DNA of 64,000 bases, taken from the human T2T-CHM13v2.0 reference genome, Homo sapiens. Below, in pieces: positions 14,298-30,014 of this stretch (positions are counted from its first letter, which is position 1; each line of letters begins with the position of its first letter). The stretch lies in NCBI RefSeq assembly GCF_009914755.1, contig NC_060936.1. One strand, given 5' to 3'. Under the pieces are notes generated by a model, which saw only the letters and a program-made list of their open reading frames with translations, had not been told where the DNA came from and ran no database searches. A program made the position numbers and the translations under genes.

Positions 14298-15955
14298 TTA
14301 TTCCCAAGTTTCAGCTGTTATCTCTTTGGCCTTTTTTTTTTAATTGTATACTATTTTGCATTTATTTTAAATGTCAGAAGTTTCAAGGATTCCAATATAA
14401 GTTTTTTTTTAGTAATTCAGTATATAGACAATTAGTGGTATACACATGGATCCATTATCCCTCAGTGGTGTATGGCCCATAGATTAGTAATCATTTATCT
14501 AAACAAAGAGAAAAGGAAGTTTGGGTGTCAAAGACTGTTTTGGAGTTTAAAGAGGTTTTCTGGATATGAGAGAATGGCAGAGGAGAGGAAAAAATAAGAA
14601 AATCTCATGATTGTGAATTATAAGTTGGACCCACTTTAGTGATTATGAGTGACCCAATTAAAGATTGGGGTTACTTTTTTATTATTTTTGGCAGGTGAGT
14701 GAGCATTATATCTCTGAATGGGATATAATGGATACAATGGCATAACCAGATCACATAACATCTTGGGATTTATTTGGGTTGTACTTGATGTATGAATGTT
14801 AAAACCAGGTCTATACATTTTGGATGGTTACTTTACTGAATTCTGCCAAGGTAAAGTGGGGTGGTGGGGAGGGGGTGAAAGAGTAAGGTTTCTGCTAGTG
14901 TTAGTTTTCAGAGGAAAAACACGAGGTCTCAGTAAGGACATGGAAAAGATGAGGATAGGCTCCAAGTGTAGAGATTAAGAGAGTGAGTGATACCTTCTCA
15001 TTCTGTTGGCCTAAACCCATATGGTTCCTAACCCATAGGGCATGGTCCCCTGAGGGGCAATGGATTTTTTGCCAAGAGCCCAAGAATGTAAGTACATACT
15101 TAAAATTGTACAAAAATTGAATAAATAAAAAGTAAAACTACTAGTATATAGGAATTCTTGGAACTTTTAACATTTAAAATGAATCTTAATAGTATAGGAT
15201 TTTTTTTGAGGAGATAAACTAGTGATAATGGAATAACAAGGACTAGTTTACTATTCTCCTGTAAACAACTAGTAGGCCAAACAGAATAGATGAAAAAATG
15301 ATGTATACCCATTCAGACAACAGGCAGTGCAGGTCAATGATCCCCAAAAGGAATGAAACAAATGAGACAATGTCCAGGCCCCAGCACAGGGCAGGGAACC
15401 CAAACAGAAGCCAGCAGCCTTGCTGAGATGAGGAGACAGCATCTGGGTATCAGGGAAGCCAAGGTGACTAGAATTTGAAAACCAGAGTACCAGAGAGGAG
15501 GAAGCCACATGGCAAGGAATCTCCAAAGCTCTGCAGAGGGGTCCCGTTAAGTCTCTGTGCAGGCCTGGGAGGAAACCACCAAGGCTGGGGGAAGAATCAC
15601 TGGGCAAGAACAGGCAGAACCATCCTCAGAGCTCATATATCCCTGGGAAGAGTTTGTGTTTACATCTGTAAAATACCGAAAGAAAAAGCTGCCCACCTAG
15701 AATTCTACATCCAGCAAAAACATCTTTCAAAACTGAAAGCTGAATAAACCTTTTCAGACACCAAAGCTGAGAGGATTCATCACCAGCAGATAAGCAGTGT
15801 GAGAAATGTTAAAGGAATCCTTCAGGCAGAAGGAAAATGATACCCAAAATACATTTGGATCTACACAAAAGAGTAAGGAGCACTGGAAATGTTAAGTGTG
15901 GGGGTAAATAGATTATTCTTTTCCCTTTGCTTAAGGGAAAAGTAATAACAATGTA

Positions 15956-16292
15956 CAGTTGTCCCTTGCTATCCGTGGGGTATTGGCTCCAGGACTCCTC
16001 ACAGGCACCAAAATTTGTGGATGCTCACATGCTTATATAAAATGGTGCAGTGTTTGCATATCACCCACCCACATCCTCCTGTATATATTAAATGGTCTCT
16101 AGATTACTTATAATACCTAATATAATATAAACACTATCTAAGTAGTTGTTATACTGTTTAGGGAATAACAAGAAAAAAAAGTCTGTTCATGTTCAGCACA
16201 GACACAACCATCTATTTTTTTCTCCGAATATTTTTGATCTGTGGTTGATTGAATCCACAGATGCAGAACCCATAGATACAGAGGGCCAACTG
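15956..16292. mobile_element. MER2 (Tigger-family DNA transposon MITE)
   Basis: Termini CAGTTGTCCCT...AGGGCCAACTG with an internal MER2-like body. Confidence 0.85.
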
Positions 16293-16626
16293 CATTAGGG
16301 GATTTATAAGTTACATAGAGGCAAAATGTATGACAACAGTAGGACAAAGGCCGGGAGGGAAGAAATAGATGTATACTATTGTAAGGTTCTTACACATGAA
16401 ATAATATTATTTGAAAGTAGACTATGATAAGTTAAAGATTTATATTGTAAACCCTAGAGTGCAGTGGCTCACGCCTGTAATCCCAGCACTTTGGGAGGCC
16501 GAGGTGGGCAGAGCACATGATCAGGAGTTCGAGACCAGCCTGACCAACATGGTGAAACCCAGTCTCTACTAAAAATACAAAAATTAGCTGGGCGTGGTGG
16601 TGTGCACCTATAATCTCAGCTACTCA

Positions 16627-16983
<357 letters not shown>

Positions 16984-17364
16984 TTATGGTGAGCTGAGAT
17001 CGCACCACCACACTCCAGCTTAGGAGAGAGAGAAAGACTCTCTCAAAAAATAAAAATAAAAAATAACAAAACAAAGAGGTATGGCTAATATGTAATATGT
17101 CAGGAGTGGAGATAAGATGAATTTACTTGAAAAGCTCAGTTACTCCACAAGAAGGCAGGAAAAGAGGGAAAAAAACAAAGAACAGATTAGACAAATAGAA
17201 ATGAAGAGCAAATTATATATTTAAACTCAACTGCGTTGATAATCACATCAAATATAAATAGCCTAAAACCACCAAATAAAAGGCAGAGATTGACAGATTG
17301 CATAAAAAAGCAAGACCCAACTATAAGGTATCAATTAAAAACCCAATTTAAATATAGAGACACA

Positions 17365-17467
17365 GTGCTCACTTCGGTAGCACATATACTAAAGTTGGAA
17401 TAATACAGAGAAGACTACTAGCATGGCCTCTGTGCAAGGATGACACACAAATTCATGAAGTGTTCCA
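17365..17467 (+). pseudogene. U6 snRNA retrocopy (RNU6 pseudogene)
   Basis: GTGCTCACTTCGGTAGCACATATACTAAA...ACAGAGAAGA...TAGCATGGCC...AAATTCATGAAGTGTTCCA; TSD AATATA(G/T)AGACACA at 17351-17364 and 17474-17487; lies inside L1 sequence with no snRNA promoter visible. Confidence 0.95.
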
Positions 17468-18339
17468 GTAAATAATATATAGACACAGAGGTTAACAGTG
17501 AAAGAGTGGAAGAAGGTATACCATGCAAATAGTAAAAAATATTTAAAAAGCTGCAGTGACTATATCAATACTGATGTACACTGAAGAGCAAGGAATATAA
17601 TTAGAAACAAACGGCCGGGTGTGGGTGGCTCATGCCTGTAATCCCAGCACTTTGGGAGGCCCAGGTGGGCGGATCCCCTGAGGTTGAGAATTGGAGACCA
17701 GCCTGGCCAACATGGCGAACCCCGTCTCTACTAAAAATACAAAAATTAGCCAGGTGTGGTGGCAGGCATTTGTAATCCCAGCTACTCGGGAGGCTGAGGC
17801 ACAAGAATCACTTGAACCTGAGAGGTGGAGTTTGCAGTGAGCCAACCAAGATGGTGCCACTGCATTGCCTGGGTGACAGCAAGACTCCATCTCAAAAAAA
17901 AAAAAAAGAAAAGAAAGAGGGCCATTTCATAAGGATAAAAGTCCAAATTTTGGGCCAGGTAAGGTGATTCATGCTGTAATCCCAATACTTTGGGAGGTCA
18001 AGGTGGCAGGATCGCTTAAGGGCAAGATTTGGAGACCAGCCTGGACAACATAGTGAAACTTCATCTCTATAAAAATAAATAGTAAAGGTCAAATTTTCAA
18101 GAGTACATAAGCAATCTTAAATGTGTATGCACCTAATTACAGAGCTTCAGAGTATTTGAATAATAAACCTATAAAACTGAAATAAATAGACATAACTGGA
18201 GATATACAGCATGCTCATGAATTGAAAGAATAAATATTATTAAGATGCCATTTCTCAGTGCTGGGTAGGTAGGGAATTGGTGGGTTGGAGTTTGTGGTGG
18301 GTACTTGGGCCAAAACTAGAAAGACACTCAGAGTAAAAA

Positions 18340-19296
<957 letters not shown>

Positions 19297-19408
19297 TCAC
19301 ATTATTGTTAGGAAAATTCACGTTGTATAAATTAAAGTCTTAGTATAAAATAGTTCTACAATAGCATGAAAACATATAACCTGAGTTTTAAATTATTATT
19401 TTGAGTTT

Positions 19409-20530
<1,122 letters not shown>

Positions 20531-20650
20531 AGGCAGAGCAGGAGTTCAAGACTAGCCTCGGCAATATAGTGAGACCCCCGTCTCAAAAAAAAAAAAAAAA
20601 AAAAAGCAGGGGCAAAGGACCTCAACTGACATTTATCCAAAAAAGACATA

Positions 20651-20751
20651 GGTACTCTGGGCCACTCTGCCTATGGGACAGCCCTGCTCTGTCTGTGGAG
20701 CAGCCATTCTGTTGCACACTGTTGCTCTAATAAACTTGATGTCTTTAAAAA
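20651..20751 (+). mobile_element. Short polyadenylated retro-insert resembling the R region of an ERV LTR
   Basis: AATAAA at 20729, A-tail, 12-bp TSD AAAAAAGACATA at 20639-20650 and 20752-20763 splitting an L1 ORF2 sequence. The LTR origin is from recall only. Confidence 0.7.
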
Positions 20752-21178
20752 AAAAAAGACATAAAAATGGCCAACAAGTATATGAAAAGGTGCTCAGCAT
20801 CATTAATCATCAGGGAAATGCAAATCAAAACCACAATGAGCTATCACCTCACACTGCTAGAAGAACTATTATCAAAAAGACAGGCGATAGCAAGGTCATG
20901 GCAAGGGTGTGAAGAAAAGGGAACCCTGTGCACTATTCATAGGAAGGTAGATTAGTACAGCCATTGTGGAAAACAGTATGGAGGCTCCTAAAAAAATTAA
21001 AAATGAAATTACTATGACCCAGGGATTCTCTTCTGGGTATATACCCAAAGGAACAGAATCGCCACCTTGAAAAGATATCTGGACTCCCATGTCCATTGCA
21101 GTATTACTCACAGTAGCCAAGATATGGAAACAACCGAGGTGCCCATCAGTGGACCAATGAAAGAAACTCTGGTATATA

Positions 21179-21514
21179 CAGTCGTGCACTGCATAACAAC
21201 ATTTCAGTAAATGATGGACCACATATATGACCGTGGTCTCATAAGATTATAATACCATATCTTTACTGTACTTTTTCTATGTTTAGATAACACAAATATT
21301 CACCATTGTGTTCTGACTGCCTAGAGTATTCAGAATAGTCACATGCTGCACAGATTTGCAGCCTAGCAGCAATAGGTTACACCATATAGTCTAGGTGTGT
21401 AGCAGGCTATCCCATCTAGGTTTGTGGAAGTATACCCTGTAATGTTCACACAACAAAAAATTGCTTAACAACACATTTCCCATAACAACCCCATCATTAA
21501 GTGATGCATAACTG
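21179..21514. mobile_element. Tigger3a/MER7-like MITE
   Basis: TIRs CAGTCGTGCAC...GTGATGCATAACTG with a TA TSD. Confidence 0.85.
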
Positions 21515-21989
21515 TATATACAGTGGAATATTATTCAGCCTTAAAAAAGGAGATCCTGCCATTTGCCACAATATGGTTGGCCCCGGAGGACATTATGCTA
21601 AGTGAAATATGCCATGCATAGATGGAAAAATATCGCATGATCTCACTTATATGTGAAATCTAAAAAAAACAAAAGGCCGAATTGAGGAGACAGAAAATAA
21701 AACAGTGGTTACCAGAATTGGGGTGGGGGTGGGAGGAAATGGGGTGACATAGACCAAAGGATACACAGTAGCAAATACATAGGACTAAGAAACTGAAAGC
21801 TCTATGTGTTGGATTATAGTTAATAGTGTATTGTGTTCAGGATTTTTGCCAAATGAGTAGATTACTACTGCCCTTGCCAGAGGAGAGAGAAAAATGGCAA
21901 CTATGTGAGATGATGGATATGTTAATTTGTTTTACTATGGTAACCATTTTACTATATATGTATCTTATAATGTCATGTTATAAACCTTA

Positions 21990-22392
<403 letters not shown>

Positions 22393-23015
22393 TCAATTAA
22401 GAGTGAGGATAGATATTAAGTAAAGACATTTTCAGACAACCAGGGTCTCAGTGACTTAACCTCCCATGCAATCGTTGTCAGAAAGTGAGTGGAGGAGGGA
22501 CTCTACTAAAACAAGGAAGTGAACAAAGGAAGAAGAGACCTGGAATCTAGAAAGCCAAGGAGCTGATTCAGGGAGAAGCAAAGCAAGTCCCTGTGAGACA
22601 GTGAAGATGACGGCTGTGCACCAAGCCTGGAGAGCCACCAGACTGACAGGAGCAAGGCACGGAGAACCACAGGGGAGGGAGAATCACAGCCCAGAGCCAG
22701 GACTGCAGGATCCAGCTGCCTCCTCTTCTCCAGAAGAACTCTTCTCTTCCACAGATCTTTTTGAAGAGACATCTCTCTCTCTCTGGGTTGCTCTCCCCAG
22801 AAACAGATTGGAAAGCTGCCCACCCCCATGCTCAGGCCACCACCTGCCTTCACCTCTCCCTGGTGCAGAGGCTTTATCCTGCCTTCTCCTTTCCCTTCTG
22901 CCCCTGGTCCCGCAGTCTCAGCCACATCCCCACGGGTTCATTTCAGGCCCCAAGCCGACTGGCTGTGCTGACCCCAGGAGGCGGAGTGGCGGGGGGGTCA
23001 GGGCGGGAGGCCCAC

Positions 23016-23208
23016 CTTGGGGAACATGGTCACCATGCTGCTCAGGCACTCTCGGTGCTTCTCCTCCAGCCCCTTCTGCTTGTCCGTCCAGGCCTGCAGC
23101 CTGAGACTCTGCAGGCGGTCAATGTTTTCCAGGAAGATGTAGAGGTTCTGGGCCTTGTAGGAAGCCTCCGTTTCTTTCATGATTTGTACATGGTTGATCG
23201 CTTCTTGC
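23016..23208 (-). CDS. FAM186B: FAM186B coding exon 5 (QEAINHVQIM...TMFPK)
   Basis: 193 nt, CAG acceptor, AAG|GTGGG donor; overlaps ORF 22998..23180. Confidence 0.95.
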
Positions 23209-23729
23209 CTGGGAAAAGAGGAGAAGCAATTTAGGGGGTGGAGAGGCCTCCTCTATCCCCCAAGTCTGTTAACCAGAGATGACTTTGTTTTCTTTAATTC
23301 CTTAGAGCAAAAAGAGAAATGGAGGCTGGTGAGAGCTGGGGAAAATGGGGCAGAGAAAAGTGGGAGGTGGTATGAAGTGAGGAGCCTCAGGGCTGGGATG
23401 AAACAGAAAGAGAAAGGAAAGACAGGGGAGCACATTAGGTGGATTATAGACAGGGCCATGGGAAGAGAGGAAGAGAGAGGGAAGTTGCTTAGAGGAAAAG
23501 CCCACTACAGGGAGAGCAGTGCTCAGTGCCCTTCTTCTCACATCTTCAAGGGTTGCCCAAGGCCCCAGGCCAGACTTGCTTTCCAGGCCCCCACTCAGGA
23601 GACCCTGTCCAGGCCTGGGGTGGCTCTCCCCATCCCCCCTTGCCCTGTGTTCCTTCTCTCCCACTGGGTTTAGGCTCTGCCAACATATTGCAGCAGGTGG
23701 GTGCCAGGTGGGTTCCAGGGAGGACCTAC

Positions 23730-25395
23730 CGGAGGCTCTGGAGGCGTCTATAGAAGATGTACTTATGGCACAGGTACTGCAGCCTGAGCGCGCCCAGCTC
23801 CATGGTGGTGGTGGTGAGCTCCAGTGCTTTGCTGCGCAGGTAGTGGGGCAGCCTCAACTCAGACTCCTCACTCAGGAGCTGCAGGTTCTTCCTCTGGGCC
23901 TCCATGTCCATGTGGTACACCTTCTTCTTAATATTTGCAGGGGATATCTGCAAAGAGGGCCAGGTCAGCCTTCGGATGGATGTCCCAGTGACAGGAAAGG
24001 AGGCAGATTTCTTGGGCTTTGTGGGAACTCGGCGGGTCCGTGGTCTGTAGGTAAACTCCACTGAACTCATAGGTCTCTGCTTTCCCAGGGCAGGCTGCTG
24101 GGTACTAGGAGACATGGGCAAGTGTGGCCTCCTGCTTTGGTGAGCAGATTGGGTCCGGCTTGGGGCAGGCACTAATGATAGCTCTGCCTTCTCCAAGTCC
24201 CTCCATCGACTGGTGGGTGTGAAGATCCTCCTCTCCACATCCTCCCCTAGCTGCTCTGGCTCTCTCCGTGGGCTCTCCTGCTCCTTTTCTAGCTGGACCC
24301 ATCTCCGCTGTTGCTCCCTGGCCAGGTCTTCCAGATTCCACTGCCGCAGCTTCTCCTGATGCTCCTGCTCCAGCAGGGCCCACTTCTTCTGCCGCTGCTG
24401 CCACATCTCCTCCTCCTCCAGCCACAGCTGCCTCCGCATCTCCCGGCCGAATTCCTCCTCCCAGGGCTCCTCTTGGCTCTCAGAGGTCACCTGCCTGGAG
24501 CTCTCTAGAGACAGCTGCTTGCTACAGTGGAACTTAATTTGGAGTCCTCCCTTCTGGAAGTAGTCCTCCTGGTCTTTGTCTTTGTGGCCTAAGCTTTCTG
24601 CCACCGGTCTTTCCCATTTCTTAGGAAACCTGCGATCTACTAAGGGTAAAAGCACAGGCTCAAGGCTCTCAGTGTCCTTGCTGCCGAACACATCTGCGAC
24701 CCTCGAGCGCACAGTCATGGTGGAAAGTGGCTGGTGCCCTGCAGCTATAGCACCACTGTCCCGTATCATGGCCATGGGACTTGGGGGAAGTGGCGAGAAC
24801 AACTGCTCCTCCTTCATCGGTTCCTGTTGGCTTTCCTCCATGACTGTTTCTTTCCTTGGGAGGGTCTCTCTCTCAGAGGGACCTGGGGAGTCAACAGAAA
24901 CCTCAGCCAGGTCTTCTGCCTGACCTGTAGCATTCTGAGCCTTCTTCAGCTGGAACTCCAAGGCCTGCTTCATCAGGAGAAGGTCATGGTACCTTCCCCC
25001 TAAGATCTCTACCTGCTTCAGCAGAGCATCCCTCCTGCTCTCAAGGACCTCCATGAACTGCTGGAAGTGCAGCCTCTGGCTGCTGAGCTCTTTGGTCGCC
25101 TGCATTTGCAGGTGCCTGTATTTGGTCTCCAGGCTCCTGTTCTCCTTGTGTTGGAGGATCAAGGCCTTGTTGAGGTTCTCCACCACAGTGGCCATGTACC
25201 TGATGGCCCTGACCTCCCCCTTGCTGAACATGGTAGAGTCCAGGAGCTCCTGCAGCATGGACGTCACCTCCGAGGCCTTCGTGTTCATGGTATGCTGGTC
25301 CTGGAGCATCTGTTCTGGGCTTAGTGGCTGAGGATGGGATGGAGATGTCTGTGGGCTTCTTCCCTGCCAGCCCTGCCAGAAGGTGCGTTTGGACA
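23730..25395 (-). CDS. FAM186B: FAM186B large coding exon 4 (coiled-coil, Glu/Gln-rich)
   Basis: 1666 nt inside the 586-aa ORF 23726..25486; CAG acceptor, CG|GTAGG donor; phases fit both neighbours. Confidence 0.97.
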
Positions 25396-27445
25396 CTGGG
25401 ACAGGTAGAGAGAAAAAAGTCAACGATTTCTCATGGGTCCCAAGGATTGCATTGATTCTCCAAACCCTGCAGGGCCAAAATGGCAACCCCCTTAGGGATT
25501 TGGCGAGAGTAGGGAGCTGGGGCTGTATATGGGGCCAGGGACAGTGCTGTCAGGACAGACCTCTGCTGAGTGCAGAGCTTGCCCAGAGCCCAGCCTCAGG
25601 GTCTGCCAGCTCCACAGCACCTGCAGAGACCAGAAGGGCCTGGCATAGGCAATCCAGCACAGCTCACTGCAGCATCCTCCTGGTCTTCCATGTTCTCCTG
25701 GGGTAGAGTTATTTTTCTAATCATGCCACTTCCCAGCCTCAGTATCTGTGTTTGCCTCCTATTGTCAGCTACTCAAACCCCTTACACCCAACTAGGAAGC
25801 CTGGTTTCCCTTTCCCATTAGCACTGGACTCTGCTTATGGAGAATTTATCACATGGTCCTCCAACTGTTCACATGTTTTATGTTTTTTTTTTTTAATAAC
25901 TAATGTCTTTTTCCATTTGGGGGATCCCTTTGATACTCTGAGGAAAGCAGCAGACCCTCTCTCCCCAGGAAAATGCACTACACACAGATTGTGCCTGCCA
26001 TTAGCAGATCTCAATTTTTCAAAGGCTGGGTCACGGTGGTCATTGTACCCCCTTGGACCTACTATGTATAGAGCTGGTGGAGTGATTATCTTGGAGCATC
26101 CATTCATCTGCCTATTTAAAAACATCACTGGTGGAAAAAACAATGCTAACTTCAGATGAGGGGTAGAGGAAATATAAAAATTAAGGGATACTGAAGTTGG
26201 GCTAGCATCTAGCTAGTATTGTCAGAGAGGCCATGTGGCCTAGTGGTCCAGAGTTTAGATTCTGCAATAAGATAACTTGGGTTTGAATCCCATCTTTCTG
26301 ATTTGCCTTGGGCAATTTTCCTAACTTCTCAGTGTCTCAGTTTCCCAATGTGAAAAATGGGGATAATCATAGAATCTATGTCATAGGACTTAGATTATGC
26401 ATGTTTAGTGCCAAGTGCAGTAACAGGTACCTAGTAAGTGCTCAATAAATCATCCCTAAAAAGAAAGAACTAAAGACACAGTCTTTACCATTCATAAGTT
26501 TATAATCTAGCGAGGGTCTAAGTATACAATAAGTGTATTTGAAGACATAGTACGGTACAGATTGCAGAAGAGATTGTTTCCTTATCCACTTTTCCCTGCC
26601 TTCTCCCTCCTGCTGACCTTACTTGATTGATAATGAGGCTGGCCATGAGGAACAATGGTAAATGCTGATGGTTAACTATTGTTAATTAAGCCCTGAGCAT
26701 GTTCCAAGCATGGTGTCAGACACCTCACACTGTGTGGAAGCCTCCCCACAAACCTGGAGCTAGGCAGTATCCTCTTCTGTTTATATATGAGGAAACTGAG
26801 GCTCAGAGAGATGAAGTCCTTGCCCAAAGTGATACAACCAGAAATTGACAGAGATGCAATTCAAACTCTTGAGTGAGATTAAGAAGCCAGAAAACCTATG
26901 TGTGGGGCCACAGCCTTTCCTTGTGGTCCCTTCTCTTCTCTGAGCTTCAATGTTCTCATCTACAAAATGTATGAGTTCGATAATATCAGGTTCTCCTAAT
27001 GTTGATGGGAGTAAAAAGCCAAGGTTCAGCTATTTGCTGATGGACCACCTCTGCAGCAGCCTCTAGCTGAGCCTCCCCAACCTTCCTAGCTCTGTTGCTG
27101 GGTTTGGAGTGAGAATAGGATGGCCCGCAGGTTCTAGCTGCTAACTCTAGCCCTCCTGGCCTCCCAGCTTTGTTCCTCAGAACCTACGTGAGGCCACAGC
27201 TCCAGTGAGCACACCAGAGACCTGTCTCCACATCACACCTCCCTTAGCGCTGAAGGACAGCTCAGAGCTGCTCAGTGCTTGGCCTGGGCTCAACCCTCAG
27301 CCCCTCACCACTGCCCATCCATCTCAAATCAAACTTCTGTGATGGAGGAGAATCAGAAAGACCCCAGGCCCAGCCTCTGACTTCCCCTGCCATGGCTCCA
27401 CCCCGTCCCCACCTAGCTCCCTGGCCAGGTGCTCCTAGAACCTAC

Positions 27446-27628
27446 CTTGTGACCTTTTCTTTTGTCCTTCAATGAGAGTGGAGCAAAGGGCAGTGAGTGA
27501 CTCGATGCCTCTTTTGGTGGCAATGAGGGACAGCGGTAACACTTTCTCCGTCACTTCAATCCATTCGTCCAGAGCTGCTGCTTCCTCTTCACTCTTCCTG
27601 GGCCCAATCTCATAGGTCAGAGTGTCAC
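27446..27628 (-). CDS. FAM186B: FAM186B coding exon 3 (GDTLTYEIGP...QKKRSQ)
   Basis: 183 nt, phase 1-1, CAG acceptor, GTAGG donor; overlaps ORF 27435..27683. Confidence 0.95.
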
Positions 27629-28573
27629 CTGGAGAAGGGATGGGAGGTGCAGGCTGAGAGCAGTCTGTCCTCCAGGGGGACACAGACAGCCCTATAGCAC
27701 AGGGGTTCCAGCAGCTGTGAAGTCACATTGATTTTACCTCTTACTAGCTATGTGATGTTGGGCAAGTCACTTATCCCCCTGAGCCTCAGTTTCCTTCCCT
27801 ATAAAAGAACTGCGTGAAGATTAAATGAGATAATACATGTGGAACAGTTAACATGAGGCCTGCCATGTAGAAATTCACAATGGACATTAAATAGTATTGT
27901 CTGTACAGCAGGGAGGTATCTGACTTGTTACTGCTCTATGCCGATTGCCTAGTCCAACATCTGGACAACTGAATTAATTAAGCAGAATCAACAGCTCTGT
28001 CAGTCTTGAGGGCAGCTGAGGGACCACTGAACTAAGAGCTTCCAAGCATGGGGTAGTATGCAGGGGGCAGGGCACATACCAATACCATCTTCTTCCAACA
28101 CTGGAGCATCCAGCACACAGCACACAGGTCCTGTGATGGGATGACTCTGAGCTGAGTGGGGGGTAGCACTTAGCTTTAGGGTTTAATGCAGCTGGCCCAC
28201 ACCCAAATGGCTGCACCAGTTGCTCACAGCTGGCATCAGGGCCCATGCAGTAAAGGTCATTCAGTGCTTTGAATATCACCCAGGGGTGCTCTATAAAATA
28301 GCTAATGTGGGTTTGAATTTAGTTTCTATCCTGCACAAAAATGAGATGTCATAATGGACCCGTGACTTAGGCTTCATCATATATTCAGCTAATGTCATGA
28401 TCTGTGATGTTTGGACACTTCTGTGTCTGCCCCTCAGGAGCATGGAGGTGATGTGCTGTGACACGAGTGGTGGAATGCTTCACTGGAGAAGGGGATGTGT
28501 CCTGTGCTGTCCCTGTGCTCGCCACCCACACTCCCCTCCCAGAGGAGGCACGGTGCCCAGCCTGCAAACTCAC

Positions 28574-28799
28574 CCCAGTCACCCAGCCAGCGGAGAATGT
28601 CATACAGGTGCTTCTCCTTCATCATAGCATCTTTGGAGAAGGAGGCAATTTTTTCCAGCAAGATGAATCTCTTCTTGCCCTTTGGATCTCTCTGCTGAGA
28701 TTTGGCATTTTCTTTTAAATCATATCCTAATTCTTCCTGGAAGCGGTTGATGACACAATTGACATTGTCCAAAATGTCTGAGAGCTGGGTAGAAATATC
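28574..28799 (-). CDS. FAM186B: FAM186B coding exon 2 (DISTQLSDIL...WLGDW)
   Basis: AG acceptor, 226 nt, donor G|GTGAG; overlaps ORF 28434..28772. Confidence 0.95.
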
Positions 28800-29642
28800 C
28801 TATAGAGAAGCAGCAGATTGTAGTGTTAGGGCTGTGGACTTGAGCCAGAAGCCACATGCTAGCAGCGTGACCTTGGACAAGTCGCTTAGCCTCTTTGGGT
28901 CTCAGTTTTCTTATATTTAAAGTGGGAATCATTATAGTACCTATGTCACAGGGTTTCTGTAAGGATTAAATGAATTAAATATTTTAAAGTGCTTTTAATA
29001 GTACCTGGCACATTACACAAAAGTGGTAGCTTTTATTATCATTGTGATTATTAAGAAGGTCAAGAAAGTATAGAACACCAAAACCCCACAGCAAACATTT
29101 CTTTAGAATTTCAGAGGTTGCTGGGGGTTTCTGGATGTCTTTCCTCACAAGGATCCACAGGCAACAGAAGCTTGGAAAAGTGAGGCCCCAAGAAACTCTA
29201 GGATCAGAGGCTCAAGTAAAAAATGTACTAGAGCCTCGTGTACAGGGTGATTTGAGCCTTTGGACATTTCCCCAACCCCTATGAACTTCCTGGGCTCAGC
29301 TTGGGGGATTCTGGAGGGTTGCCAAGAACAGATTCTGGGTCCTTTCTCCTGCCCTCTAAAACCCACCACACCACCACGATGTGCCTCAGGGCTATCCTCG
29401 AGCTTCCTGCCCCCTTCCCGGGCCCCAGCCCTGCCTCAGGCGGGTGGTTGCTTTCAGCTCACCCTGTATATGCCAAGTTTAGGAGAGAGATAATTTATAC
29501 TAATCTGTCTGCAGACCCAGGTTGCTGAATATCCCAGGGCCTCTGAGGACCCAGAGCTGGAATCTCACTCAAACCTGGGATCAGCCCCCAGTCTCCGCAT
29601 CAGATCCCAATGTAAGAGTGATTCCTTCATCTCAGGGGCTAC

Positions 29643-29738
29643 CTCTTGAGCCCGAGTTAGCTGGGCAGCCTCAATCCTCAGGATGATGGCTTTCACTGAT
29701 GTGGGAGTCACCAACTGTGGGGGGTCATCCTTCTCCAT
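29643..29738 (-). CDS. FAM186B: FAM186B coding exon 1 (MEKDDPPQLV...TRAQE)
   Basis: ATG at 29738-29736; 96 nt = 32 codons; donor GAG|GTAGCC; matches the recalled FAM186B N-terminus. Confidence 0.93.
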
Positions 29739-30014
29739 TTTGGATCACTCTGTCAGTCACAAAACATCCTGTGTTTCTGGTCCACAGGCCTGGACACACA
29801 ATGTTGCCTGCTTTGGAGGTTAAGGGCACCAGGGTGTCTCCTGGGTACCCTCTGCCCAGGCACAGCTCCTCTGGTAACTGCCAAACACCAGGTTCCAACT
29901 GATCCTCTTTTCCCCAGTGACATCATCAGTTTGATTAGAAGAATTAGGAGATGAGACTCCCCACTATCTAGCTTTTTGTCCATTACCTAACATATATTTA
30001 CTTGACTTGTTGCC

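Larger units (their letters stand above)
26230..29010. mobile_element. Several MIR elements in FAM186B introns (about 26230-26450, 26690-26870, 27720-27880, 28820-29010)
   Basis: MIR core motifs (ctcagtttcc, gaggaaactgaggctcagaga, gattaaatga). Confidence 0.75.

Noticed and set aside
14400-15240. AT-rich unique-looking segment considered as a NUMT or further pseudogene
   Set aside because: No recognisable homology in any frame by eye; needs a database search.
23519-25331. Plus-strand ORFs over FAM186B exon 4
   Set aside because: Antisense shadows of a GC-rich coding exon.
25396-25486. N-terminal 30 aa of the 586-aa ORF
   Set aside because: Intronic; the exon begins at the CAG acceptor at 25395.
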